A stretch of 32,000 nt of DNA from positions 1 to 32,000 of the forward strand of contig NZ_LGHJ01000020.1 in the NCBI RefSeq assembly GCF_001306055.1, in the 5' to 3' direction. The stretch's first letter is position 1. Each line of letters begins with the position of its first letter. This DNA comes from Bellilinea caldifistulae (GTDB taxonomy: Bacteria > Chloroflexota > Anaerolineae > Anaerolineales > Anaerolineaceae). Below the pieces are notes generated by a model. The model made no database searches. It worked only from the letters and a program-made list of their open reading frames with translations, and was not told the origin of the DNA. Position numbers and translations under genes: made by a program. Below, one piece after another: positions 17,955-27,642 of this stretch.

Positions 17955-19859
17955 ATGAAAGATTCCAGGTTTTTAGATCTATTGCAAACCAGTCAACGTC
18001 CCCTGCTTTCGGATGGCGCGATGGGGACCCTGCTCAATCAACGCGGGATTTCTTTTGAGCGTTGCTTTGATGAACTTAACCTGACCGATCCAGCATTGGT
18101 AGCGTCCATTCATCGGGAATACATTGATGCCGGTTCACAAATCATCCAGACCAATACCTTTGGAGCGAACCGCTTCAAGCTTGCCCATCACGGTTTGGAG
18201 AATCAGGTTGCTGAAATCAATGCGGCTGCGGTAGAACTGGCGCGGCGGGTGGTGATGGCATCCTTCAAAGATGTGCTGATCGCCGGGGATGTCGGGCCGT
18301 TGGGGGTGCGCCTGGCTCCTTTTGGGAGGGTGCAGCCGGAACAGGCCCGTCAGGTGTTTGCCGAGCAGATTGCCGCTTTGATTGAAGCCGGCGTTGACCT
18401 GTTGATTATCGAAACCATGACAGATTTATATGAAGTCCGCGAAGCCATTGCAGCGGCACGGCAGATTAACCCGGATATCCCCGTCGTGGCTTCGATGACG
18501 TTCACCCGGGATGACCGGACCTTGTTGGGCGATGACCCGATCAAAGTAGCCCGCGGCATTCAGCAAGCCGGTGCCGATGTCATCGGAATCAACTGTTCGG
18601 GAGGCCCAAATCAAATCTTACGCATCCTCAAACAAATGCATCTTGCGTTACCGCAGGCACGCTTTTCGGTCATGCCAAACGCTGGCTGGCCCGAACAGGT
18701 TGGCGGACGAATCATGTACCCGGCTTCGCCGGAATACTTTGGCGAGTATGCACTGGCCTTCTGGCAGGCCGGAGCCAGCCTGATTGGAGGCTGCTGCGGC
18801 ACCACGCCGGGGCACATATCGGTTATGCGTCAGGCGATTGAAACCCGCCCATTAGAAAAATTCAGTAACGGCTTTTCATTAGCGGTGGTAGAAAAGGAGG
18901 AAGTCAGTCAGGAAAGACAGGCACCCACCCTGATGGCTCAGAAGTTGATGGACGGCCGCTTTCTGATTGCAGTCGAAATGGATCCGCCGCGCGGTTTGAC
19001 CACCCAAAAGTTGCTGGCTGGCTCCAGCTTGCTTGCTGAGGCAGGAGCCGATGTGATCAATGTGGCTGACAGCCCGATGGCGAGGATGCGGATGAGCCCC
19101 TGGGCGGTATGCCGGTTGATTCAGGAAAAAGTGGGTATCGAGACCGTGCTGCATTTTCCCACACGGGGACGTAACTTGCTGCGTGTGCAGGGAGATTTAC
19201 TGGCCGCTCATGCTTTGGGAGTGCGGAATGTGTTTGTGGTGATGGGAGACCCGACGGCGATTGGGGATTATCCGGACGCAATGGATAATTACGATTTGGT
19301 GCCTTCCGGATTAATTAAATTGATCAAACAGGGATTTAATGCCGGGGTAGATCATGCCGGGGTGGATATTGGACAGCCGACTTCGTTCTTTGTCGGCTGT
19401 GCATTGAACCTGACCCCCTCCAATCCGGAGAGTGAGCTTAAGAATCTGCGTCGCAAATTGAACGCCGGAGCCGACTTTATTTTGACCCAGCCGATTTATG
19501 ATCTCAAACCGGCGCTCCAATTCCTGGAGCGGATTAAGCTCGAAATTGAGGATTTCCATACACCGCTCCTGGTAGGTGTGCTACCGCTGGTTTCGGCGCG
19601 CCATGCTGCCTTTCTCCAGCATGAAGTTCCCGGTGTGAACATACCTCAGGAAATCCACGACCGCATGGTTTCGGCCGGCGAGCGGGCGGCTCAAACCGGC
19701 ATTGAGATTGCCTTTGAACTGATTTCCCAGATGGTTGAATTTGCTCAGGGAATTTACCTGATGCCGGCTTTCAACCGGTTTGATTATGCAGCTGAGATCA
19801 TTGAAAGAGTGCGTCAATTGGAACTGCCAGCAGAACAACAAAAATTTCCACCTGCATGA
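17955..19859 (+). CDS. bifunctional homocysteine S-methyltransferase / 5,10-methylenetetrahydrofolate reductase (YitJ-type)
   Basis: 634 aa. The N-terminal Hcy-binding domain (GAMGT..., GGCCGTTPGH) is fused to an MTHFR domain (FLIAVEMDPPRG, ...TQPIYD...). It starts 9 nt after metH. Confidence 0.9.
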   Translation: MKDSRFLDLLQTSQRPLLSDGAMGTLLNQRGISFERCFDELNLTDPALVASIHREYIDAGSQIIQTNTFGANRFKLAHHGLENQVAEINAAAVELARRVVMASFKDVLIAGDVGPLGVRLAPFGRVQPEQARQVFAEQIAALIEAGVDLLIIETMTDLYEVREAIAAARQINPDIPVVASMTFTRDDRTLLGDDPIKVARGIQQAGADVIGINCSGGPNQILRILKQMHLALPQARFSVMPNAGWPEQVGGRIMYPASPEYFGEYALAFWQAGASLIGGCCGTTPGHISVMRQAIETRPLEKFSNGFSLAVVEKEEVSQERQAPTLMAQKLMDGRFLIAVEMDPPRGLTTQKLLAGSSLLAEAGADVINVADSPMARMRMSPWAVCRLIQEKVGIETVLHFPTRGRNLLRVQGDLLAAHALGVRNVFVVMGDPTAIGDYPDAMDNYDLVPSGLIKLIKQGFNAGVDHAGVDIGQPTSFFVGCALNLTPSNPESELKNLRRKLNAGADFILTQPIYDLKPALQFLERIKLEIEDFHTPLLVGVLPLVSARHAAFLQHEVPGVNIPQEIHDRMVSAGERAAQTGIEIAFELISQMVEFAQGIYLMPAFNRFDYAAEIIERVRQLELPAEQQKFPPA

Positions 19860-19923
19860 TGCCTACAATTGAGACAAGATGTGTTAAACTTGGTGGATAA
19901 GATGTTCCTGCGGGGAGAGAATC

Positions 19924-20673
19924 TTGACTCGTATACTGGTACTTTCAGATATCCATGGTAATCTTGATGCGTTAGAAGCAGTCTTACGGGACGCGGGAAA
20001 GGTGGATGCTGTCTGGTGTTTGGGGGATGTGGTCGGCTACGGCCCGCAACCGAGAGAATGCCTGCAACGCATTGCCAATTTGCCCGGCTTGATTTGCGTG
20101 CAGGGAAATCACGATGCTGCCGTGACTGGAAAATTAGATTTGTATGCGTTTAATCGCGAGGCTATCCTGTCCATTCAATGGACGCGAGCACAATTATCCG
20201 AGAGGGATGTGGAATGGCTGGCAAGTTTACCTGAAAAGGTGGAATGGGAAGAAATCACCCTGGCGCACGGCAGCCCCCGCAATCCAATCTGGGAATATTT
20301 ACTGGATTTGAATACGGTTCAAGTTAATTTTTCCTACTTCAACACCCGTTTTTGCCTGGTTGGTCATACCCACATTCCGGTGTTGTACACTTACTTCGAC
20401 CGCAACGGTAATGGAAAGGAAGAGGGATATGTGGACTGGATGATACCTCCGTCCAATCACATTATCCAGCTGGTACCTCGTTCCATCGTCAATCCCGGTT
20501 CGGTTGGCCAACCCCGTGACCGAGATGTACGGGCGGCTTACGCAATCTACTTACCGGAGAGTCAACAATGGGAATTACGGCGGGTTGAATACGACATCCG
20601 CACCGTCCAGCAAAAAATTTTGGCGGCAGGCTTGCCATCCCGGCACGCTTCCCGTTTGGAAGAAGGCTGGTAG
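19924..20673 (+). CDS. metallophosphoesterase family protein (YfcE/MJ0936-like)
   Basis: Motifs LSDIHGN, GDVVGYG, GNHD and GHTH. TTG start preceded by GGGGAGAG. Confidence 0.85.
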   Translation: MTRILVLSDIHGNLDALEAVLRDAGKVDAVWCLGDVVGYGPQPRECLQRIANLPGLICVQGNHDAAVTGKLDLYAFNREAILSIQWTRAQLSERDVEWLASLPEKVEWEEITLAHGSPRNPIWEYLLDLNTVQVNFSYFNTRFCLVGHTHIPVLYTYFDRNGNGKEEGYVDWMIPPSNHIIQLVPRSIVNPGSVGQPRDRDVRAAYAIYLPESQQWELRRVEYDIRTVQQKILAAGLPSRHASRLEEGW

Positions 20674-20742
20674 GGGGGAACTTATCTGTCTTCCCACTCG
20701 TCATAGGGCATAGAGAAGCCCTTTTCACTCAGGAGGAATCCC

Positions 20743-21693
20743 ATGTTCAAGAAAACTCTGGTGGTTATGATGGTGTTGGCTTTTGTGCTGACAGCGTGTG
20801 CCCCTGCACGCAGTCAAAAACAGGTTGCTCCGGAGAGCGCGCCTTCGGAAATATTTGCTGGCGCACCCCCTTCTGCGGATGTCTATTCGGAAGGTGCTCG
20901 AACGTTTCAGCAGGAGAATGTTGTTAGTTCTGGTGTTGAGAATCCGGTTGAACGGATGGTAATCCGCAATGCCAACCTGAGCATCGTGGTGCGTGACCCG
21001 GCGGAGGCGATGGATGAAATTATCTCCATGGCGGAGGGGATGGGCGGTTTTGTGGTGACTTCCAATCTCTACCAGCGACGCCTGGCCAACGGCAATCTGG
21101 TTTTGGAAGGAAATGTGACCGTCCGTGTACCGGCTTTGAATTTGAATGAGGCGTTGAGCCGAATCAAGGGGCTGGTGGAAAACCCGCAAACCGACGTTTT
21201 ATCCGAAAATATCAGCGGTCAGGATGTCACTGCCGAATACACCGACCTCAAGTCCCGTTTGCGCAATCTGGAAGATGCTGCCGAGCAACTGCGCAAGATC
21301 ATGGAAACGGCTACCAAAACCGAAGACGTGCTGCGGGTATTGAATGAATTACGCAGTGTGACTGAGCAAATCGAGGTGCTGAAAGGTCAAATCAAGTATT
21401 ATGAAGAATCGGCGGCGATGTCGGCCATTTCGGTCAATATTCAGGCTCAGGAAACGGTTGCGCCGATTAGCGTTGGCGGTTGGAAACCGGAAGGCGTGGC
21501 GCGAGATGCCATTCAGGCCTTGATTGACGCGTATCAAACCATTGCCAGTGGTGTGATCTGGGCAGTTTTATTCTGTCTGCCAATTGCTCTGCCGATTGGG
21601 CTGGTGATTTTCTTCATCGTGCGCGGTTTCCTGCGCTGGAGAAAACGCGGAAAAGCAATTACGCCGGCAACGGCTGCGGAGAAAAGCGAGTAA
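20743..21693 (+). CDS. DUF4349-like lipoprotein with coiled-coil region and C-terminal TM anchor
   Basis: Lipobox LTAC. The pattern RMVIRNANLSIVV...GGFV...VTVRVPA...DVTAEYTDLKSRLRNLE, a coiled coil and a terminal TM helix are typical of DUF4349. AGGAGG SD upstream. Confidence 0.7.
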   Translation: MFKKTLVVMMVLAFVLTACAPARSQKQVAPESAPSEIFAGAPPSADVYSEGARTFQQENVVSSGVENPVERMVIRNANLSIVVRDPAEAMDEIISMAEGMGGFVVTSNLYQRRLANGNLVLEGNVTVRVPALNLNEALSRIKGLVENPQTDVLSENISGQDVTAEYTDLKSRLRNLEDAAEQLRKIMETATKTEDVLRVLNELRSVTEQIEVLKGQIKYYEESAAMSAISVNIQAQETVAPISVGGWKPEGVARDAIQALIDAYQTIASGVIWAVLFCLPIALPIGLVIFFIVRGFLRWRKRGKAITPATAAEKSE

Positions 21694-24045
21694 CTACTCC
21701 AATCCAATGTTGATCTTGCAGGGGATGCCTTCGGACTGAACAAAAAACCGAAAGCGTCCCTTGCTTATTTTCTCCCAGTGAAGCACTGTTTGATTGACAG
21801 ACTTGGGCGTTTGATTGAGCAGTAAATCAAACCAGCCCTCAAAAGAGCGCCCTAAATCCAGTTCTAACTCAAGCCCATCTATTGTAATTTGCCAATCCTT
21901 GACTTCCAATCCCTGACTGATATGCAGGTTGCTGCCCGCGTAGGCTGGGCTCTTAGTTTGTGGGTAAGCGGCCAGCAAAGCAACTCCATGAGCCGGAATG
22001 GGTGGCAGGTTGATCGTTTCCCCGGCCCGGCAGGTGAAAGTTTGATCGTCCCAGAATGAGTGAAGATGATAATCTTGTTCCTTGAGTTGGAACGTCTGCA
22101 ATTCAAAGTGCCATGGTTGGGGGGTATCTTCCCAATTGAAGCATGCCAGCACATGCCAGTTTCCAAAAGCACCTTCCAGATCTAAACGAAGCAGACCGGG
22201 CATTTGACTGGATAGCAAGTCAAGAACGCGGGCGGTTTGGCCGATGACCGGCAGCAGCACCTGTGCGAGACGGATGCGTTCTTGCGGCAGGGCTGGTAGG
22301 TCATCAGAAAGCAGCAATGAGCCGCCGGTCAGGGCTATGGCTGTTGCCAGACTTTCTACTTCGGATTGGGTCAGATGCGTGTCTGGGCGCACCAAGAGAC
22401 AATCGGGGTCGTTGATCCACCAGCGGCGATGCAATGGCGCACGGGTGAGGATGTTGTTGATCGAATTGCGGGCAGAGGGCATGTGTGGTTCATTCTTAAA
22501 CGGAAAACGGATGTTGTAAAATGCTGGAAGCCAGTCACCGCTGACGTCTGCACCGATGCGCATGGCATCTACCAGGCCCAAAACGCTGCCCAGCGGTGCG
22601 CCGCATCCCAGCAGGAAGGTCTCCTGTCCGGCAGCTTCACGCAGGGCTTGCATACCCCGGCGTAAAACCTGGGCACGGGTCAGGGTGGGATTGCGATAAA
22701 CACCCGGCAAGGCAGCCGCGTATAAAAAATCCAATTTGAGGTACGGGAAATTCCATTCATGGGCTGCCGTTCGGACAACCTGACAGGCGTATTCCAATGC
22801 GTCTGGGACGGTCAAATCCAATCCATGGGCAAAGGCATTCCACACGAAACCGGCATTGACCGGCCGTCCGCGCCGGTCTCGTAGCAACCAATCGGGATGC
22901 TCTCGTTCCAGTTGAGACTTGGGGTGAACAATGAATGGGGCGAGCCAGAGACCGGGGGTGAAGCCTGCCTGGGCGATTTCCTGAGATAATTCGGCAACCC
23001 CTTGCGGAAAAGTTTCCTTAAACGAGAACCAGTCACCGACCTGGGACTCGAAACCATCGTCAATTTGGATCAGTTCCAATGGCAAGGATGGCTTCAATTG
23101 AATGAGCGTTCGCAGATTATCCCGGACATTCTGGGCTGTGACATTGGTGTAAAAGTGGTACCACGAACACCATCCAGAGGGGGAATTCTGGGGAATGCGG
23201 ACTTGATGTTCCTGCGCAACGGCTTGAAGATACGGGTTTAGGATGTGCTGCTGCTCTGCATCGGCAATCAGCAGGACTGCCCAATCGGTGTGTATTTCGC
23301 GTTGGCTTTCCAGCAGCGTGTGATCCCCATTAGCCCACAGACGCAACACGGGCTGATCGTACAGGACGGCTTCTAAACTGCCAAAATGTTCGCGCTGAGA
23401 AAGAAAACCGGCCAGGATGGATTGATTTTGAACGGTATCTGTCAGAATGCCAAAAAAGTCGGATGTGAAATAGCCGGTTTGTTTAAGGTCTGGGGTGCCG
23501 GCATTGATGACCATTGGCTTTTGAAATGGGCCAAGCCATGACCTTCGCAGGGAGGCGTTGGCGGGATAGGCAGCAGTGTATGACCACGACTGCCAGCCAT
23601 TGCTGTAAAACCAGAAATCCTTGGGGACGAAAGGTCTGCCAAAATCCACGCGGCTTTGAGGTCGCATTCCGCCCAGTCGCATCATCTCGATGCGGTCAAT
23701 CCACACCGACTGTTCCGATTGATTACGGAGATGAATCCGCCACATTAAAAAGGGCAATTGATCGTTGAAGGCAAATTCCATGCGGGTTTGCAGGCCGGTG
23801 GCATGCCGCTCGCTTTCGATTGAACAGCAATGCAGATTGCCCAGGGTTGTTTGGAGCTCATTTTCGGTGATGGAGCGAGGCCGCCATCCGCTGCCCAATA
23901 ATTCAGTATTGCGTTGGTTGACAGAGCAGGCGATATTCAATCGAATCTTTTCCAGACGGATGGGGTGTCGATTGGAAATCAGCGAAAACCACCCCTCTTC
24001 AGGGTCTATGATCAGGTCAAATTGAGCGTGATGAAAGGCTGGCAT
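21694..24045 (-). CDS. glycoside hydrolase, clan GH-D (GH36-like alpha-galactosidase family)
   Basis: 783 aa. GWCSWYHFY, YLKLDFLY, GCGAP and NDPDCL motifs are typical of melibiase/GH36-type enzymes. Convergent with the previous gene and abutting it. Confidence 0.65.
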   Translation of the reverse strand: MPAFHHAQFDLIIDPEEGWFSLISNRHPIRLEKIRLNIACSVNQRNTELLGSGWRPRSITENELQTTLGNLHCCSIESERHATGLQTRMEFAFNDQLPFLMWRIHLRNQSEQSVWIDRIEMMRLGGMRPQSRVDFGRPFVPKDFWFYSNGWQSWSYTAAYPANASLRRSWLGPFQKPMVINAGTPDLKQTGYFTSDFFGILTDTVQNQSILAGFLSQREHFGSLEAVLYDQPVLRLWANGDHTLLESQREIHTDWAVLLIADAEQQHILNPYLQAVAQEHQVRIPQNSPSGWCSWYHFYTNVTAQNVRDNLRTLIQLKPSLPLELIQIDDGFESQVGDWFSFKETFPQGVAELSQEIAQAGFTPGLWLAPFIVHPKSQLEREHPDWLLRDRRGRPVNAGFVWNAFAHGLDLTVPDALEYACQVVRTAAHEWNFPYLKLDFLYAAALPGVYRNPTLTRAQVLRRGMQALREAAGQETFLLGCGAPLGSVLGLVDAMRIGADVSGDWLPAFYNIRFPFKNEPHMPSARNSINNILTRAPLHRRWWINDPDCLLVRPDTHLTQSEVESLATAIALTGGSLLLSDDLPALPQERIRLAQVLLPVIGQTARVLDLLSSQMPGLLRLDLEGAFGNWHVLACFNWEDTPQPWHFELQTFQLKEQDYHLHSFWDDQTFTCRAGETINLPPIPAHGVALLAAYPQTKSPAYAGSNLHISQGLEVKDWQITIDGLELELDLGRSFEGWFDLLLNQTPKSVNQTVLHWEKISKGRFRFFVQSEGIPCKINIGLE

Positions 24046-24092
24046 CGTATCCTGCCATAAGATGAAATGATTGGAGTGAAGGGTTGGTTTCG

Positions 24093-24647
24093 CTACAAAC
24101 GTGGCAAGAGAATGCCTTGCTGCCGCTGATACTTACCTTTCTTGTCTGCGTAGGAGACTTCACAAGGCTCATCCCCTTCAAAAAACAATACCTGAGCGAT
24201 TCCCTCGTTGGAATAAATTTTGGCGGGCAATGGGGTCGTGTTGGAAATCTCCAGAGTTACATAACCTTCCCATTCCGGTTCAAAGGGGGTTACATTCACA
24301 ATAATTCCACAACGGGCGTAGGTACTTTTGCCGACGCAAATAGTCAAGACGTTGCGGGGGATGCGGAAATATTCAACCGTGCGTGCCAGCGCAAAAGAGT
24401 TTGGCGGGATGATGCATACATCGCCCTTGAAATCCACCATGGACTTTGTGTCAAAAGACTTTGGGTCAACCACAGCTGAAAACACATTGGTAAAAATTTT
24501 ATATTCATCTGCAACCCGAATGTCATAGCCATAAGAGGACAGGCCATACGAGATGACCCCGTCCCTTTTTTGATGATCTACAAACGGCTCAATCATCCCG
24601 TATTCCAGCGCCATCTTACGAATCCATTGGTCGGCTTTCAATCCCAT
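24093..24647 (-). CDS. dcd: dCTP deaminase
   Basis: 184 aa. N-terminus [20 protein letters not shown] and dUTPase-fold motifs ([28 protein letters not shown]). Confidence 0.9.
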   Translation of the reverse strand: MGLKADQWIRKMALEYGMIEPFVDHQKRDGVISYGLSSYGYDIRVADEYKIFTNVFSAVVDPKSFDTKSMVDFKGDVCIIPPNSFALARTVEYFRIPRNVLTICVGKSTYARCGIIVNVTPFEPEWEGYVTLEISNTTPLPAKIYSNEGIAQVLFFEGDEPCEVSYADKKGKYQRQQGILLPRL

Positions 24648-24674
24648 GTTTATGACTCCCTGCTTGATTTGGTT

Positions 24675-26216
24675 TTACTTCAACCCGCCGCGTTCCCCCA
24701 AAATTTGTTTCAAGGAGGAATCGAGCTGGTCGGATTGGGATTCAATCTCTTTCAATTGAGTAGTTAATGTCTGGGCTTCACTGTTATCGCTGAGGTTAGT
24801 GAGGTTAATCCGCACATTATAGGCTGCGCAGGTTAGCGCTGACCGCGCCAGGGTGGCGGCCGAGGCGGCGTCGCTGATGGCGTTGAGATTGCCGGTTTCG
24901 GCCAGTTCGATTGCCAGTTTTTGAACTTCAAGGCAATGACGGGCGGTGATCAAGGGTACTCGCGAGGCTTCCAGGGTGGCCTTTTCAATCGCTTGCTGAC
25001 GCTGCTGTTCCTGATCGGCGGTATCTTTGGGCAGTTTGAAGGCTTGCATTACCCCTTCAAAAGCCTGTGAGTCTTCTTCAACATTTCGTAGCAATGCTGC
25101 GCGCAAATTCTCCGCCTGCTCAAGAATTGCCCACATGCGTTCCTTGACGGCTTCATATTTCTTTTTGCCCAATGTCAGTCGGGCGACCATGGCAACCAGG
25201 GCCGCAGCGACTGCTCCGGTGTGGGCCGCAGCAGATCCGCCACCGGGCGTAGGAGTAGCCGCTGCCAGAGCATCTAAAAAGGAATTTTCCAGCGGGGCTG
25301 AAGTGGGAGGTTGTCCGCGCATTAATTCCATCAGTCGCTGTTCAAGGATCTGGTCAGGGGAAAATTGATCCAGCTGCAGGTACCACACCGCGGCATCGTT
25401 GAGGGCTTCTTGCGGGATCAGACCAACCAGTTCGGAATGATGAACTCCCACGCCGTAGCGTTCTGCTTCGCGACGGATCATTTCCATGACGCGGGCAATT
25501 GGCGTACCACGATAATTGGTCAGGTTCATTGAAACTTGAGCGCGCCCCTCCACCAGTACTCCCATGGCTTTGACATAGCGCAGACCACCGGAAGAATGAC
25601 GCACGGCTTTGGCAATTTTTTGAGCGATTGCCGTATCATTGGTGTTCAGGTAGACATTGAAAGCGATTAGCGGCTGGCGCGCGCCAATCACGGTTGCGCC
25701 TGCCGTGCCCAGGATGCTGGGGCCATAATCGGGCTGGCGTTCGGGGTTGATACCGATTTCCGCCTTGAGGCCTTCATATTGACCACGCCGGATATTTTCC
25801 AGATTCTGACGTTCGGGACGGGTGGCTGCTTCTTCGTACAGATAAACCGGGATGCTCAATTCCTCTCCAACGCGTTTGCCCAAGCGGCGTGCCATTTCCA
25901 CACAGTCCTGCATGGTGATGTCACTGATCGGTACGAAGGGTACAACATCGGTTGCACCGATGCGCGGGTGTGCACCTTCGTGTTCGTCCATGTTTATCCG
26001 CTGAGCGGCACAGGCTATCGCCTGAAAGGCGGCTTCTTCCACGGCGGCCGGCGGGCCGATGAAGGTGATCACGGTGCGGTTGTGATCCAGGTCAGAATGG
26101 CGATCTAAAATGTGGATTTGCGGGATAGATTGAATGACCTGAATGATTTCCTCGACGATCTCCGGGCGGCGGGCTTCGGAAAAGTTGGGAATGCATTCGA
26201 CCAGCGGGGTTGGCAT
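24675..26216 (-). CDS. ftcD: fused glutamate formimidoyltransferase / formimidoyl-THF cyclodeaminase
   Basis: The N-terminal FT domain (LVECIPNFSEARRPEIVEEI) is fused to a C-terminal cyclodeaminase/cyclohydrolase domain (GGGSAAAHTGAVAAALVAMVARLTLGKKKY). I chose the ATG at 26216, preceded by GAGGT. The track start is a TTG at 26270. Confidence 0.85.
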   Translation of the reverse strand: MPTPLVECIPNFSEARRPEIVEEIIQVIQSIPQIHILDRHSDLDHNRTVITFIGPPAAVEEAAFQAIACAAQRINMDEHEGAHPRIGATDVVPFVPISDITMQDCVEMARRLGKRVGEELSIPVYLYEEAATRPERQNLENIRRGQYEGLKAEIGINPERQPDYGPSILGTAGATVIGARQPLIAFNVYLNTNDTAIAQKIAKAVRHSSGGLRYVKAMGVLVEGRAQVSMNLTNYRGTPIARVMEMIRREAERYGVGVHHSELVGLIPQEALNDAAVWYLQLDQFSPDQILEQRLMELMRGQPPTSAPLENSFLDALAAATPTPGGGSAAAHTGAVAAALVAMVARLTLGKKKYEAVKERMWAILEQAENLRAALLRNVEEDSQAFEGVMQAFKLPKDTADQEQQRQQAIEKATLEASRVPLITARHCLEVQKLAIELAETGNLNAISDAASAATLARSALTCAAYNVRINLTNLSDNSEAQTLTTQLKEIESQSDQLDSSLKQILGERGGLK

Positions 26217-26288
26217 ATGAACCTCGTAAGGTTGGGATGGGTCAATTATAATCGTTTGTGGTGGGTTCAACGCCAGAAAGGAGAAAAA

Positions 26289-26960
26289 ATGTGTGGTCGG
26301 TTTTCACTTGCGCTCGACCCCGAAGAATTACGCGAGGCATTCGGTTTGATTGAAACCCCGATTGGTTGGAATCCCCGCTATAACATTGCTCCTACTCAAC
26401 CCGTGGCGGTCATCACGGATGCCGTTCAGCCAAGACTGGATTACATGCGCTGGGGATTGGTGCCCTCCTGGGCGAAGGACATTTCCATCGGGCAGAAAAT
26501 GATCAATGCTCGTGCCGAGACCATTCGGGAAAAACCCTCTTTCCGTTCGGCTTTCAACCGACGGCGGTGTCTGATTCCAGCCGACGGCTTCTTTGAATGG
26601 AAAAAAGCCGGAATGGCCGCCAAATCGGCAGCGGAACCCTATTACTTTCGATTGAGAGGTGGACTGCCGTTTGCGTTTGCCGGTTTGTGGGAGGTCTGGC
26701 AATCGCCGGAAGGCAGTGAGTTGAAGACCTGCACCATTTTAACCACCGATGCAAACGAACTGGTCGGGGCGGTTCATCCTCGCATGCCGGTGATGTTTGA
26801 AGTAAGTAAAGCATGGCGATGGCTGGAATCACTGCCGGCTGATGAATTAATGGCTTTGTTAAAGCCGTTTCCGGTTGAAAATATGGAATCTTTTCCGGTC
26901 AGCCGTCTGGTGAATGATCCAAAACGGGATGAACCGGTGTGCATCCAACCCCTGGGGTAA
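26289..26960 (+). CDS. SOS response-associated peptidase (SRAP/YedK, abasic-site crosslinking protein)
   Basis: Starts MCGRFS (catalytic Cys2) with an AGGAG SD. RYNIAPTQ and PADGFFEW motifs. The track ORF from 26112 is an upstream extension. Confidence 0.9.
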   Translation: MCGRFSLALDPEELREAFGLIETPIGWNPRYNIAPTQPVAVITDAVQPRLDYMRWGLVPSWAKDISIGQKMINARAETIREKPSFRSAFNRRRCLIPADGFFEWKKAGMAAKSAAEPYYFRLRGGLPFAFAGLWEVWQSPEGSELKTCTILTTDANELVGAVHPRMPVMFEVSKAWRWLESLPADELMALLKPFPVENMESFPVSRLVNDPKRDEPVCIQPLG

Positions 26961-27000
26961 TTTTCAGCCGTCAAACCTCAACACAATTTGCCGTTTTTCC

Positions 27001-27029
27001 TTGACCGGTCAGGGGGGTGGTGGTAAAAT
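27001..27029 (+). promoter_or_regulatory. near-consensus sigma-70 promoter of tRNA-Glu
   Basis: TTGACC (27001-27006), 17-nt spacer, TAAAAT (27024-27029). It ends 12 nt upstream of the tRNA 5' end. Confidence 0.55.
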
Positions 27030-27041
27030 CAGCCCGTTCAT

Positions 27042-27114
27042 GCCCCCATCGTCTAGGGGACCAGGACGCAGCCCTTTCAAGGCTAAAACGGGGGTTCGAA
27101 TCCCCCTGGGGGCA
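27042..27114 (+). tRNA. tRNA-Glu (anticodon UUC)
   Basis: Manual cloverleaf. Acceptor GCCCCCA/TGGGGGC (7 bp), T-arm GGGGG-TTCGAAT-CCCCC, anticodon stem CAGCC/GGCTA with loop CT-TTC-AA, 4-nt variable loop, discriminator A. No encoded CCA. Close to E. coli tRNA-Glu in the D and anticodon regions. Confidence 0.9.
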
Positions 27115-27120
27115 CAGGGC

Positions 27121-27150
27121 AGACCTGCCGGAAGGCAGGTCTTTTATTTA
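27121..27150 (+). terminator. intrinsic terminator after tRNA-Glu
   Basis: AGACCTGCC-GGAA-GGCAGGTCT (9-bp stem, tetraloop) followed by TTTATTTA. Confidence 0.8.
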
Positions 27151-27250
27151 TCCGGGCAGAGCAGCCCTTTCATGCCATCGAGACAGGATCAGGCTAAAAC
27201 GGGGTTTCGACGACAGCCCTCGCAGGGGGATCCCCCTGGGGGCACAGGGC

Positions 27251-27280
27251 AGACCTGCCGGAAGGCAGGTCTTTTATTTA
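27251..27280 (+). terminator. terminator hairpin of repeat unit 1
   Basis: Identical AGACCTGCC-GGAA-GGCAGGTCT + TTTATTTA. Confidence 0.65.
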
Positions 27281-27380
27281 TCCGGGCAGAGCAGCCCTTT
27301 CATGCCATCGAGGCAGGATCAGGCTAAAACGGGGGTTCGACGGCAGCCCTCGCAGGGGGATCCCCCTGGGGGCACAGGGC

Positions 27381-27409
27381 AGACCTGCCGGAAGGCAGGT
27401 CTTTTTTTA
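27381..27409 (+). terminator. terminator hairpin of repeat unit 2
   Basis: Identical hairpin followed by TTTTTTA. Confidence 0.65.
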
Positions 27410-27511
27410 TATCCGGGCAGAGCAGCCCTTTCATGCCATCGAGGCAGGATCAGGCTAACACGGGGTTTCGACGACAGCCCTCGCAGGGGGATCCCCCTGG
27501 GGGCACAGGGC

Positions 27512-27540
27512 AGACCTGCCGGAAGGCGGGTCTTTTTTTA
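27512..27540 (+). terminator. terminator hairpin of repeat unit 3
   Basis: Same hairpin with one A-to-G change (27528) that converts a U-A pair to U-G and so preserves pairing. Followed by TTTTTTTA. Confidence 0.6.
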
Positions 27541-27642
27541 TATCCGGGCAGAGCAGCCCTTTCATGCCATCGAGACAGGATCAGGCTAAAACGGGGGTTC
27601 GACGGCAGCCCTCGCAGGGGGATCCCCCTGGGGGCACAGGGC

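Noticed and set aside
20725-21189. 154-aa minus-strand ORF.
   Set aside because: It is antisense to the DUF4349-like lipoprotein gene, which has a lipobox, an SD and family-typical motifs.
24084-24479. 131-aa plus-strand ORF.
   Set aside because: It is antisense to dcd.
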